Shown here: positions 46,561 through 56,637 of the stretch, piece by piece
How positions within the stretch are numbered: position 1 is the first letter of the stretch
How the letters are laid out: every line of letters begins with the position of its first letter
Virus record (IMG/VR): IMGVR_UViG_3300020419_000009
Coordinates: 1 to 64,000 of that record
DNA: 64,000 nt
Source of the DNA: a virus
Direction: 5' to 3' (one strand)
Notes under the pieces: generated by a model
Seen by the model: only the letters and a program-made list of their open reading frames with translations
Databases searched by the model: none
What the model was told of the DNA's origin: nothing
Position numbers and translations under genes: made by a program

Positions 46561-46908
46561 ATGGATAAATCTTTAGACAAAGCCCTTGATTTCTCTAACT
46601 ATATGGTTACGTTTAATAACCAAAAACGCATTATCCATGAAGAATATTTAGAAGATTTGGTAGTGTATCAAAATGGCGGCAAGTTTACTGTAGATAAAGA
46701 GCTAATTTGTTTTGCTAATCATCTAAATGAAAAGGTTGAAACCAAAGTAGTACTGATAGATGACAACAATATACCTGTTGTAATTGAAGACTTGCAAAAA
46801 TTTCTACATGATATTACATCAACATATAGCGAAGCATCTCGAGTATACTATGACAAATATAAAAAAATGATAGACAAGAGAAGTGTGGAAAGTTTAGTTA
46901 ATGTCTAA
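46561..46908 (+). CDS. hypothetical protein
   Basis: 115 aa; AGGAG RBS; TAAATA at 46528-46533. Confidence 0.7.
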   Translation: MDKSLDKALDFSNYMVTFNNQKRIIHEEYLEDLVVYQNGGKFTVDKELICFANHLNEKVETKVVLIDDNNIPVVIEDLQKFLHDITSTYSEASRVYYDKYKKMIDKRSVESLVNV

Positions 46909-47734
46909 TGGGGTTTTATTGTTTGCAAATAATAATGGCAAGGTTGATTACTTAAAACAAGCAATTTTTTTGGCTAAGAGAGTAAAAGAATATCTTGGTG
47001 TTCCTGTATCTCTAGCAACCAGCAGTAAAAGAAAGCTAACGTATTCTTATGAAAAGGATATGGATCTTTTTGATAAGATAATTGAGATTCCAGATTCTTA
47101 TGAAAATACAAAACGTTATTACGACGGAACTTTGGACCACCAATACCTTTTGTTTAAAAATTATAGTAGAATAGATAGTTATGATATATCACCTTACAGT
47201 AAAACTCTTGTAATGGATACAGATTACATACTCTGTAACGATGATCTTAAACAAGCATTTACATCGAATACCGATTTTCAAATTTATAAAAAAGGAGTAG
47301 ATGTTTGCGGTTGGAGAGAATACAATGAGTTTAATTACATTAATAAAATAGGTATACCTTTTTATTGGGCAACATGTTTTTGTTTCAAAAAAACAGAAAA
47401 TACAAAAATATTTTTTGAATTAATGAAACATTTAGAGAAAAATTGGATTCATTATTCTAAAATATATAATTTAGGAAGTAAAAATTTCAGAAACGATCAT
47501 GTGTTTAGTATTGCAATACATATGATGAACGGATTTGAAGATAGTGACTGGGCAAAAATATTACCCGGTAAGATGTTTTATACGTTAGATAGAGATAAAA
47601 TTTACAAAATTGATAAAGATAAATTAACATTCCTAGTAGAAAAACAAAATAGATCAGGCGAATATACATTAGCCTCTACTAATAAGTCAAATGTGCATGT
47701 TATGAATAAATTCAGTTTGGAAAAATTAATATGA
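46901..47734 (+). CDS. GT-A fold glycosyltransferase-like protein
   Basis: GVLLFA, YLKQA, ISPYSKTLVMDTDY (DxD), FRNDHVFSIA. Confidence 0.65.
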   Translation: MSNGVLLFANNNGKVDYLKQAIFLAKRVKEYLGVPVSLATSSKRKLTYSYEKDMDLFDKIIEIPDSYENTKRYYDGTLDHQYLLFKNYSRIDSYDISPYSKTLVMDTDYILCNDDLKQAFTSNTDFQIYKKGVDVCGWREYNEFNYINKIGIPFYWATCFCFKKTENTKIFFELMKHLEKNWIHYSKIYNLGSKNFRNDHVFSIAIHMMNGFEDSDWAKILPGKMFYTLDRDKIYKIDKDKLTFLVEKQNRSGEYTLASTNKSNVHVMNKFSLEKLI

Positions 47735-48546
47735 AGAAAGGTTATCTATTAATAGCAAGTGGTAAAGAATATGTAAAGCAGGCTTGTTTATGTGCAATGA
47801 GCATCAAAGCCACACAAAAAATAAAAAACGTTTCTTTAGCAACCAATGACTTTGTTCCAAGAAAATATGCATCGTTGTTTGATGAAATTATAGAAATACC
47901 TTGGGTAGATATGAATTTTGCGGCAACTTCTTATATTGCAGAACAACGATGGAAAGCATTTCATATTACACCGTACGAAGAAACTGTTCTGTTAGATACT
48001 GATATGATATTTTTAAGCGAGGTTAGTCATTGGTGGAAATACTTGAGCAAACAAGATATATGTTTTACAAATAATGTATTTTCTTATAGAAATCAAAAGG
48101 TTACAAGTGATTTTTATAGAAAAGCGTTTTCAGAAAATAATTTACCTAGTGTGTACTGTGCGTTTCATTATTTTAAACAGAACGATACATGTTTAAAATA
48201 TTATAAAACATTAGAAAACATTTGTAAAGATTTTGAAAGTTATTATAAGAAATATATTGTAAAATCAAGACCAGAACTATCTAGTATGGATATAAATCAT
48301 GCCCTTGCTTGTTTAATAACAGATACAAATACTAATACATGCGAGTGTTTAAATTTTGTGCATATGAAAAGTAAAGTACAAGATATTGAAAACATATCGT
48401 CTAATTGGTCTGATAGTTTACCTTATTACTTTACTGATGATTTAAAATTAAAAATAGGAAACTATTTACAACATGGAATATTTCATTACACAGAAAACAA
48501 GTTCTGTAATGATGTAATAGCAAAGTATGAAAAGGCAGTACTATGA
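47731..48546 (+). CDS. GT-A fold glycosyltransferase-like protein, paralogue of 46901..47734
   Basis: GYLLIA, YVKQA, ITPYEETVLLDTDM (DxD), FVHMK. Confidence 0.65.
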   Translation: MKKGYLLIASGKEYVKQACLCAMSIKATQKIKNVSLATNDFVPRKYASLFDEIIEIPWVDMNFAATSYIAEQRWKAFHITPYEETVLLDTDMIFLSEVSHWWKYLSKQDICFTNNVFSYRNQKVTSDFYRKAFSENNLPSVYCAFHYFKQNDTCLKYYKTLENICKDFESYYKKYIVKSRPELSSMDINHALACLITDTNTNTCECLNFVHMKSKVQDIENISSNWSDSLPYYFTDDLKLKIGNYLQHGIFHYTENKFCNDVIAKYEKAVL

Positions 48547-49085
48547 AACACGAAAAAGTTCATACACCACAATATGTATCTTTTGATCAAAAAACAGGAG
48601 AAGTTTTCTGTATTGGGCCAACAATTCAAGAAGGCTACCAATACATAGAAGTTTCTGATGAACAGATTGAACCTATTAAAACATTCAAAGATAAGATGAC
48701 AGACTATAAAGTTGTCTATAACAAAAAAGAAAGAATGTTTAAATTAAAGAAACTTGTAGTTATTGAAGAAGATATTACATACCAAAAAATAGAAAAGTAT
48801 CAAAATGAAGAAATGGATTTTGATGTACTTTTAAACATTGATAAAAACAAGAAATCATGTTATATTGATACAAGCGAAGAATTATTAGATATAATGCAGA
48901 AAACTAACGTGGAACATAAAAATATTACATTTAGTTTTACTAAAAAAGATGATCCACATATTTTATATGATATGGTTACTTTTGAAATAAACAAAAATAG
49001 TAAACAGTCTATAAAAATACCAAAGCAATATGACGTTTATTCTAATAGTGATATGGCAAAATGTATGTACGGAGAAGTTAAATGA
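48543..49085 (+). CDS. hypothetical protein
   Basis: 180 aa, ATGA-coupled to both neighbours. Confidence 0.7.
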   Translation: MKHEKVHTPQYVSFDQKTGEVFCIGPTIQEGYQYIEVSDEQIEPIKTFKDKMTDYKVVYNKKERMFKLKKLVVIEEDITYQKIEKYQNEEMDFDVLLNIDKNKKSCYIDTSEELLDIMQKTNVEHKNITFSFTKKDDPHILYDMVTFEINKNSKQSIKIPKQYDVYSNSDMAKCMYGEVK

Positions 49086-50002
49086 AAGTAAACATAGCAG
49101 AGCTTGATATAATTTACCTAAGTTACGATGAACCCAATGCAGAAAAAAATTATGCAGACTTATTAAGCAAGGTTCCTTGGGCAAAAAGAGTACACGGAGT
49201 AAAAGGTTCAGATGCGGCTCATAAGGCCTGTGCAGAGTTAAGCACAACAGACAGATTTGTAACTGTTGACGGGGACAATACTATCCGACAAGATTTTCTA
49301 AATCAAGCATTAGACTTTGACGAACATACAGATTTAAAAAATAGTGTAATTAGTTGGTGCGGAAAGAATAGCATAAACGGTTTGCTATACGGCAACGGCG
49401 GATTAAAATGTTGGCCAAAAGAATTTGTTCTAAATATGAAAACGCACGAGAATGCTGATCCAGATAATCCTCATGCACAGGTTGATTTTTGTTGGGACGT
49501 ACAGTATATACAACAAAATAGCTGTTACTCAGATGTTCATAACAACGAAACTCCACATCAAGCCTGGAGAGCAGGTTTTAGAGAAGGTGTCAAGATGGCA
49601 CTGGATAGAGGAGTAAAACCATCACATGAACAGTTTTTAAAAGGTCATTGGAAAAATTTACATAGGCTTTGGATCTGGTTAATGGTAGGAGCAGATGTAA
49701 AAAACGGTTATTGGGCTATTGCTGGAGCCAGAGAAGGTCTTGCTATGACAATGTTAACAGATTGGGATTATGTAAATGTTAGAGACTTTGTACATTTAAA
49801 TGAAATGTGGGCAGACAGAGATCAAATGCCAGATGATGTTTTACATAACGAAATATTTAATCATGGAACAAACTTAATTAATCAGCTAGGAATACCAATT
49901 GCTGTACAGCCTCTGAACGAAGAGCAAAGCCAATTTTTTAAAACAGTTTATCAAAATCCTTCAAGAAACAGCGGCGAGCAATTTGTAATAGATGTAGAAT
50001 AA
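49082..50002 (+). CDS. GT2-like glycosyltransferase
   Basis: DIIYLSYDEPNAE, RVHGVKG..AH, FVTVDGDN (DxD), N.L.YGNGG.K, AWRAGFREGVK. Confidence 0.65.
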   Translation: MKVNIAELDIIYLSYDEPNAEKNYADLLSKVPWAKRVHGVKGSDAAHKACAELSTTDRFVTVDGDNTIRQDFLNQALDFDEHTDLKNSVISWCGKNSINGLLYGNGGLKCWPKEFVLNMKTHENADPDNPHAQVDFCWDVQYIQQNSCYSDVHNNETPHQAWRAGFREGVKMALDRGVKPSHEQFLKGHWKNLHRLWIWLMVGADVKNGYWAIAGAREGLAMTMLTDWDYVNVRDFVHLNEMWADRDQMPDDVLHNEIFNHGTNLINQLGIPIAVQPLNEEQSQFFKTVYQNPSRNSGEQFVIDVE

Positions 50003-50003
50003 T

Positions 50004-51398
50004 ATGGTAGAACAATTTAAATGGGAAGAACCTGAAAAAGTTTTAGAAAAACTTAATTCGGCAGGTTGTGGATTTTGTCTTGCGAAATGGACGCAGGTGA
50101 CCATGCATCTTGGATCAGGACTAACACAAAGTTGTCACCACGTAAAAGCTCATCCTATAGATTTAAATGACCTTGCATCAAATCCAAGTGTGTTACATAA
50201 CACAGGGTTCAAGAAGAATATAAGAAAACAAATGTTAAACGGAGAACGTCCAGCTGAATGTGATTACTGTTGGCGTATCGAAGATAATACTGGTATGTAT
50301 AGTGATAGGACATGGAAAAGTAGAGATCCGTTTAGTTGGCCACATGTAGACACGATTCAAAATCTTACAGGAAATGAAGACTTTTATCCTACATACGTTG
50401 AAGTAAGTTTTAGTAATGTGTGTAATTTCAAATGTGGATATTGTGGGCCTGCTTTTAGTAGTAAATGGACTGACGAAATTAATGAACACGGTCCTTATTT
50501 TTTTGGTGGAATAAATTGGAGATATAATCAACCAGATGAGTATCAAAAACAAATTCCTAATCGTGAACATAATCCGTACATCGAAGCTTTCTGGAAATGG
50601 TTTCCAGAAGCAGTTAAACACATGCATACATTTAGGATTACAGGCGGAGAGCCATTAATGAGTAAACATACTACAAAGGTGATGGATTATCTAATGGACA
50701 ATCCACAACCTAATTTAGAATTATCTATCAATAGCAATGCATGTCCTCCTGGTAACAACTGGAAAGAATTTGTTGACAAAGTTAAAGTGTTAGAAGATAA
50801 AAAATGTATTAAGCAGTTTATTCTTTTTGTAAGTGCAGAGGGTATGGGTGCTCAACAAGAATACAATAGGTTTGGAATGAACTGGGAAGTCTTTACAAAA
50901 AACGTTGAATATTTTTTAAAAACAACAAATGGTATGTGTAGTTTTATGAGTGCATTCAATGTTTTAAGTATTCCAAGTTTCTTTGATTTTATAAAGTATG
51001 TATCAGGTCTTAAAGATATATATTGGTTTAGAAAAAGCAATCACCAGAGAGTAATAATAGATACGCCATATGTAAGAAGTCCAGGATTTTTAGATGCTAA
51101 GATTGCCACACATGATTTAGTAAAAAAATACCTATATCCTTGTGTACCGTTTATGCAAAAAAATAGATTCTCTGAAAGAGAAGTACAAAAGATGGATAGG
51201 ATAGTAAAAGATTTAGACGTTAGAAACAGTAAACCAGAGGAGTTTGAAAGAGAAGCTATTGAAGGAAGACGTATGTTTTATCAGTGGATCGAACAGTATG
51301 ATAAAAGGCGCGGTACTGACTTTTTAAAAACTTTTCCGCAAATGAAAAAATTTTACGATGAATGCTTAGAATGTAAGAGGCTTGCAGATAATGTATGA
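50004..51398 (+). CDS. radical SAM protein with N-terminal twitch-like Cys cluster
   Basis: CNFKCGYC, ITGGEP; N-terminal FCLAKW...SCHH...ECDYC. Confidence 0.88.
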   Translation: MVEQFKWEEPEKVLEKLNSAGCGFCLAKWTQVTMHLGSGLTQSCHHVKAHPIDLNDLASNPSVLHNTGFKKNIRKQMLNGERPAECDYCWRIEDNTGMYSDRTWKSRDPFSWPHVDTIQNLTGNEDFYPTYVEVSFSNVCNFKCGYCGPAFSSKWTDEINEHGPYFFGGINWRYNQPDEYQKQIPNREHNPYIEAFWKWFPEAVKHMHTFRITGGEPLMSKHTTKVMDYLMDNPQPNLELSINSNACPPGNNWKEFVDKVKVLEDKKCIKQFILFVSAEGMGAQQEYNRFGMNWEVFTKNVEYFLKTTNGMCSFMSAFNVLSIPSFFDFIKYVSGLKDIYWFRKSNHQRVIIDTPYVRSPGFLDAKIATHDLVKKYLYPCVPFMQKNRFSEREVQKMDRIVKDLDVRNSKPEEFEREAIEGRRMFYQWIEQYDKRRGTDFLKTFPQMKKFYDECLECKRLADNV

Positions 51399-52077
51399 TA
51401 TAATTTTTATAAGTTACCATGAACCAAATGCAGAAGAAAATTTTACAAATCTTAACGATAGGTTTAACAGTATAGGTTTGTATGGAGAAAGAGTAAAGCG
51501 TGTAAAAAATGTTAAAGGTATACATAATGCTCATGTAGAAGGAGCAAAACTAGCCAGTACTAGTTATTTTTTTGTTGTAGACGGAGATGCTGTTATTGTT
51601 GATGATTTTGATTTCGATTATGTAACCAAAGATAAAGATATGGTACATGTTTATAGATGTATGAATCCTATAAATGATTTAGTATACGGATATGGCGGTG
51701 TTAAACTACTCCCAACCTGGCTAGTAAGAAATATGGATACAACTACAAACGATATGACAACTAGTATATCAAAAAATTTTAAAGTGCTTAATAAGATATC
51801 AAATATTACTGCATTTAACACAGACCCGTTTAATACTTGGAAAAGTGCTTTTCGAGAATGTGCAAAATTATCAAGTAAAACTATAGATAGGCAAAAACAA
51901 GGAGAAACAGATGAAAGACTTAAAACTTGGACAACCGTGGGACAAGATAGACAGTATGGCGAATATGCTTTGGCAGGTGCTACCGCTGGTATGGAGTTTG
52001 GCCTTTCTAGCGGGTCTGATCTGGGGTTAATAAATAATTTTGAATGGTTAAAGGAACAGTTTAATGGAAACACATAA
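51391..52077 (+). CDS. GT2-like glycosyltransferase, paralogue of 49082..50002
   Basis: DIIFISYHEPNAE, VKG..AH, FVVDGDA, N.LVYGYGGVK, TWKSAFRECAK; likely start ATG 51391. Confidence 0.65.
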   Translation: MYDIIFISYHEPNAEENFTNLNDRFNSIGLYGERVKRVKNVKGIHNAHVEGAKLASTSYFFVVDGDAVIVDDFDFDYVTKDKDMVHVYRCMNPINDLVYGYGGVKLLPTWLVRNMDTTTNDMTTSISKNFKVLNKISNITAFNTDPFNTWKSAFRECAKLSSKTIDRQKQGETDERLKTWTTVGQDRQYGEYALAGATAGMEFGLSSGSDLGLINNFEWLKEQFNGNT

Positions 52078-52900
52078 ACTATTGGATAGATTTGAATTAC
52101 TGTATCCTTTGAACAGTAAATTAGCTGACTTGCGTAGAGCTTTTATAGATAAGGACCTACATAGTGTATTCAGGTTAATTACAGATAATAATAAAGAAGA
52201 TTTACGTAAAATAATATTAGAAGATAATAAATGGAGTCTATGGAAGATATTAGATTCAATGCTACAAACAAGACTTATACAATCATTAAAATCATTTGAA
52301 ATCAATAAACTAGACATTGATGAAGATTGTTTAAGCCAAGGACAAATTAAAAGTAAATTATGGCTTTTAAAGGAATTACAAAATACAAAACTTGATTTAG
52401 GAACTGTGTTTATCTGTGCAGGGTGGTATGGAACTTTAGCTACAATGCTTTTTGAAAGTAAAATAAACATTGACAAGATAAGAAGTTTTGATATTGATAA
52501 TTCTTGTAAAAAGATTGCTGAAATTTTCAATAAACCCTGGGTAATAGAGGATTGGAAATTTAAACCAGTCACACAAGATATACATGATATAAACTTTGAT
52601 TCACATACCTATACTGTGACTAGGAATGATAGTACAGAATGTTCAATGACTGATTCACCAGATACAATTATAAACACTAGCTGTGAACACATTGACAACT
52701 TTACAGAATGGTATGCAAAAATACCTAAAGGCAAACTAGTAGTTCTGCAAAATAATAATTTTTTCGAACTCAACGAACACGTAAATTGTGTTAACGACTT
52801 GGATGATTTTGCGTGCCAAACACCATTATCGAAAATACTATATGAAGGTGAATTAAAATTAGAAAAGTATACAAGATATATGAGAATAGGAGTAAAGTAA
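52064..52900 (+). CDS. class I SAM-dependent methyltransferase-like protein
   Basis: VFICAGWYG (motif I-like), RSFDID (motif II), IINTSCEH. Confidence 0.6.
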   Translation: METHKLLDRFELLYPLNSKLADLRRAFIDKDLHSVFRLITDNNKEDLRKIILEDNKWSLWKILDSMLQTRLIQSLKSFEINKLDIDEDCLSQGQIKSKLWLLKELQNTKLDLGTVFICAGWYGTLATMLFESKINIDKIRSFDIDNSCKKIAEIFNKPWVIEDWKFKPVTQDIHDINFDSHTYTVTRNDSTECSMTDSPDTIINTSCEHIDNFTEWYAKIPKGKLVVLQNNNFFELNEHVNCVNDLDDFACQTPLSKILYEGELKLEKYTRYMRIGVK

Positions 52901-53446
52901 ATGCAAAAAGTGATACATGATACATACGTATCTAAAATAGTGCATGATCTTGATAAAAATATTCTGATTAAAACACTCAAAAGAAGAGATATTGAACGAC
53001 AATGGTTTGACCTTTATCAGAAACTACAAGAAAAAACTCCTAATGTTGTAAAAATATTTGATATGATAGATAAACGTACCTACACGATGGAATATTTAGA
53101 ACACGTAATTGACAACTTTGATGACTTTACAAAACCACATAGGGCATTTCCTCCTGAAAAAAAGTTTACTAAGTTAGACTTTGTAAGACTTCATAAGTGT
53201 ATATACGGCGTGTGGACATCAGCATTAGAATTAAGTGTAGATTTACCAGATCACCAGTTTTTTATAAACAATGATGCCAAGTTAGCTAATATATGCATAC
53301 TCAAACATAAGAGCGGATATCAATTCAAGTATATAGATGCAGATGGATGGTCAAGAACTAACGGTTATCATGGAATGGATTGTTATTACCAAACACAATT
53401 AAAAATAGCATTACAAATGCAGAGGCTTTTAGTTCCTAATGTATAG
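52901..53446 (+). CDS. minimal protein-kinase-like (APH/Kdo-type) enzyme
   Basis: ILIK, NVVKIFD, YTMEYL, NNDAKLANICI (catalytic loop-like), YIDADG (DFG-like). Confidence 0.5.
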   Translation: MQKVIHDTYVSKIVHDLDKNILIKTLKRRDIERQWFDLYQKLQEKTPNVVKIFDMIDKRTYTMEYLEHVIDNFDDFTKPHRAFPPEKKFTKLDFVRLHKCIYGVWTSALELSVDLPDHQFFINNDAKLANICILKHKSGYQFKYIDADGWSRTNGYHGMDCYYQTQLKIALQMQRLLVPNV

Positions 53447-54515
53447 ATACGAAGATATTAGAACAATACACTTAGAGGTTACACAAAACTGCCAAGCCGC
53501 ATGTCCTATGTGTGATCGTAATATGAATGGACAAGGTATCAATCCGCATATAAATTTAGATGAACTTACTCTAAAGGATTGTGAGAAAATATTTTCTCCT
53601 AAGTTTATAAGACAATTAAATACGATGTATATGTGTGGTAACCTTGGAGATCCTATAGTAGCTAAGGATACTTTAGAAATATTCAAATATTTTCGGAAGT
53701 GTAATCCTGACATATGGTTGAGCATGAATACCAACGCTGGAGCAAGAAATGAATCATGGTGGATGGAATTGGCAGACGTATTTGCTAGTCGCGGTGCTGT
53801 TATTTTTAGCGTTGATGGCTTACGATCTACAAATCACATATACCGCCAAGGCGTTGTTTGGGACAAGGTAGAAAGTAGCATGGATGCCTTTATCAAAGCA
53901 GGAGGAAGGGCTCGCTGGGACTTTTTGATATTCGAACATAACCAACACCAAGTTGATGAAGCTAGAGCGTTATCTGAAAAGAAAGGTTTTGAAAAATTTA
54001 TAGCTAAAAAAACTGGTAGATTTTTGACACAAGATAGTAATAAAAAAGATTCACATCAAGCTGTAAGTAAAAAAGGCATAGAAACAGCTACATTAAAGAA
54101 GCCGGATAAAAAGTATCAAAATAATGCTGTAAAGAAACAAAATGTAATTATTAAAAAATACGGCAGTATGGATGCGTATTATGATGCCGCACCTATTGTT
54201 TGTAAAGTAACAAAAGACAATAGTCTATATATTACTGCTGAAGGACTTGCATTGCCCTGTTGTTGGACAGCCGGCAGAATGTATAAATGGTGGCACAAGG
54301 ATCCTTACGTAGAACAAATATGGGATCATATAGATCTTGCAGGAGGCAAAGAAGCCATTGATGCAAAACAGGGATTAGATAAAGTTTTTAACACAGGTAT
54401 ATTTGATACTATTGCTAGGAGTTGGAATTTAGAAAGTTGTGGGTTAGGAAAATTAAAAGTTTGTGCAATGAAGTGTGGTGCAGAATTTGATCCTTTTAGG
54501 GAACAATTTACGTGA
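53439..54515 (+). CDS. radical SAM protein with C-terminal SPASM/twitch Cys motif
   Basis: CQAACPMC, CGNLGDP, FSVDG; C-terminal VCK..PCCW..VCAMKC. Confidence 0.88.
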   Translation: MYRYEDIRTIHLEVTQNCQAACPMCDRNMNGQGINPHINLDELTLKDCEKIFSPKFIRQLNTMYMCGNLGDPIVAKDTLEIFKYFRKCNPDIWLSMNTNAGARNESWWMELADVFASRGAVIFSVDGLRSTNHIYRQGVVWDKVESSMDAFIKAGGRARWDFLIFEHNQHQVDEARALSEKKGFEKFIAKKTGRFLTQDSNKKDSHQAVSKKGIETATLKKPDKKYQNNAVKKQNVIIKKYGSMDAYYDAAPIVCKVTKDNSLYITAEGLALPCCWTAGRMYKWWHKDPYVEQIWDHIDLAGGKEAIDAKQGLDKVFNTGIFDTIARSWNLESCGLGKLKVCAMKCGAEFDPFREQFT

Positions 54516-55564
54516 ATATAGATAATATTAAAAAGATAGAATTAGAAATTACAAGCGACTGTAACGCCGCTTGTCCAGGATGTGCTAGGACGCAGAACTT
54601 AGACATTTTACAAGTACAAAGTTTTTCTTTAGCAGATCTATGTAGGCTGTTTCCTACAAAGAGACATATTGAAAATAAACATTTTAAGTTTTGTGGAGTA
54701 TTAGGTGATCCTTTGATACATCCTGAGTTTGTACAAATGGTAGAATATTTATTATCAAATAATCCCATGCGTGTTAGTGTAAGCACAAATACAGGATTAG
54801 GTACAACAGACGCATGGACCAGACTAGGAGAGTTAGCTTATGCCAATGAAACAAAGGTCCTATGCTTTGACTTTTGTATAGACGGTCATGAGCATACAAA
54901 CCATATTTATAGAGTAAACACAAAATGGAAAGTTATAATGCGTAACCTTGAAGCATTTACTTCTGCGGCCAAAGAAAAGTCAATTGGTTCTTCTTGGACT
55001 TATATTGTTTTTGATCACAATGAACACGAACTTGATACAGCTATACAAGAAGCAAAAAAGTTTGGTTTAAGATTTAACAAAAGAACTGGTATGCGTAACA
55101 GCTATCATGACTGGATAGCACAAATAGGAAAGAAAAATAACAAAATAAAAAAAGTAATTACAACAACAGGATCTAAAGAACACAAGCAAAAAGCAAAGAT
55201 AATGCAATTAGATAACATGATAAAAGAAAATAAAATTGATAGAGATATATTACAAACTATTAAATGTAAATTTTATCATGAAGGTGAAATATTTATAGGT
55301 GCGGATTTAACAATGTGGCCTTGTTGTTTCTTATATGACAGTGCTTTTAAAAACAAGGACAATATAAACAGTAAACTAAGTAAATATTTAAATGGTTGGA
55401 ATAGTTTAAAAAAACAGTCAGTTGAAGATGTGATACAACACCCTTGGTATTTAGATGTTTTAGCACAAAGTTGGAATCCTGAACACGATATGCATTTAAC
55501 ACGATGCATTAGAACTTGTGCATATAATCAAGCATATCATAACAAAAGAGAATATGTGGTATGA
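54512..55564 (+). CDS. radical SAM protein with C-terminal SPASM/twitch Cys motif
   Basis: CNAACPGC, CGVLGDP, FCIDG; KCK..PCCF..RCIRTC; GTG start. Confidence 0.88.
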   Translation: MNIDNIKKIELEITSDCNAACPGCARTQNLDILQVQSFSLADLCRLFPTKRHIENKHFKFCGVLGDPLIHPEFVQMVEYLLSNNPMRVSVSTNTGLGTTDAWTRLGELAYANETKVLCFDFCIDGHEHTNHIYRVNTKWKVIMRNLEAFTSAAKEKSIGSSWTYIVFDHNEHELDTAIQEAKKFGLRFNKRTGMRNSYHDWIAQIGKKNNKIKKVITTTGSKEHKQKAKIMQLDNMIKENKIDRDILQTIKCKFYHEGEIFIGADLTMWPCCFLYDSAFKNKDNINSKLSKYLNGWNSLKKQSVEDVIQHPWYLDVLAQSWNPEHDMHLTRCIRTCAYNQAYHNKREYVV

Positions 55565-56637
55565 GTTGGCCAGCAAAAGCAAATCAAATAAAAAAACTTC
55601 AAATTGAGTTAACAAATTATTGTCAGGCAAGGTGTCCTGAATGTGCAAGAGAAAAATTGTATGCAGAAAATTATAAAAAACCTGACATACCTTATTTGTA
55701 TGAACTAAACAATAGTTACGTAACATTTAAACAATTCAAAAGTTGGCTAGGCAAAGACGAATGGACAGGTCTACGACTAATAGACTTTTGTGGAAATTAT
55801 GATGAACCTACAACGAATCCAGATATCCTTAAGATAATAGATTGGGTGCTTGGTAGCGATAATTTTTCTAAACAACTTGTTCTTAATATTGCAACTAATG
55901 GAGGCACTAGGAGCACAAAATTTTGGACAGAAGTAGCAAATTTGTGTAAAAAGTACAGAACAAAAGGTACATATTCTAGGTTAAGAATAGTTTGGGGTAT
56001 TGATGGTTTAGAAGATACTAACCATTTATATAGAAGAAATGTTATATGGAAAAAGGTACAAGATAATTTCAGAGCGTTTTTATCTAATGGTGGTTATGGT
56101 TATTGGCAATTCATTTATTTTAAACATAATGAACATCAAGAAGAAGAAGTTAAACAAAGAAGTATAAAGGAAGGGTTTGCAGGTATGAAGTGGAGGGGTG
56201 GTCATTCAAGAGACTATAATAAAACCAAGGTTAAACCTGCTGAGACAGGAAAATTTGAAACTAATTTTGGATATAATCATACTCCAAAAAAACAGATTGT
56301 ATGTAAAGCATTATCAAGACCAGAGTATCATGGACATGATACAGGATTATATGTAACGTATCATGGTTGGGTGATTCCTTGTTGTTGGTGGGGATCGCAA
56401 TTAGAACTTGGAAAAATATATGATACATATAGAACTGATGTTGCAAGTCATAAACTAAATGGAACAAACAGTTTTCAACAAATACTAGATACTGATTGGT
56501 TCTCTAACTTATATGAATACATACAGACACAAGAATCTTCTACCTGTGTTTTACATTGTAAACAGAATGTTTTAAGTACTATAAGCACAGATGATCACAA
56601 AATTAACCACCCAGAAAATAGGATAAGTACAGTATGA
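55561..56637 (+). CDS. radical SAM protein with C-terminal SPASM/twitch Cys motif
   Basis: CQARCPEC, CGNYDEP, WGIDG; VCK..PCCW..TCVLHC. Confidence 0.88.
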   Translation: MSWPAKANQIKKLQIELTNYCQARCPECAREKLYAENYKKPDIPYLYELNNSYVTFKQFKSWLGKDEWTGLRLIDFCGNYDEPTTNPDILKIIDWVLGSDNFSKQLVLNIATNGGTRSTKFWTEVANLCKKYRTKGTYSRLRIVWGIDGLEDTNHLYRRNVIWKKVQDNFRAFLSNGGYGYWQFIYFKHNEHQEEEVKQRSIKEGFAGMKWRGGHSRDYNKTKVKPAETGKFETNFGYNHTPKKQIVCKALSRPEYHGHDTGLYVTYHGWVIPCCWWGSQLELGKIYDTYRTDVASHKLNGTNSFQQILDTDWFSNLYEYIQTQESSTCVLHCKQNVLSTISTDDHKINHPENRISTV

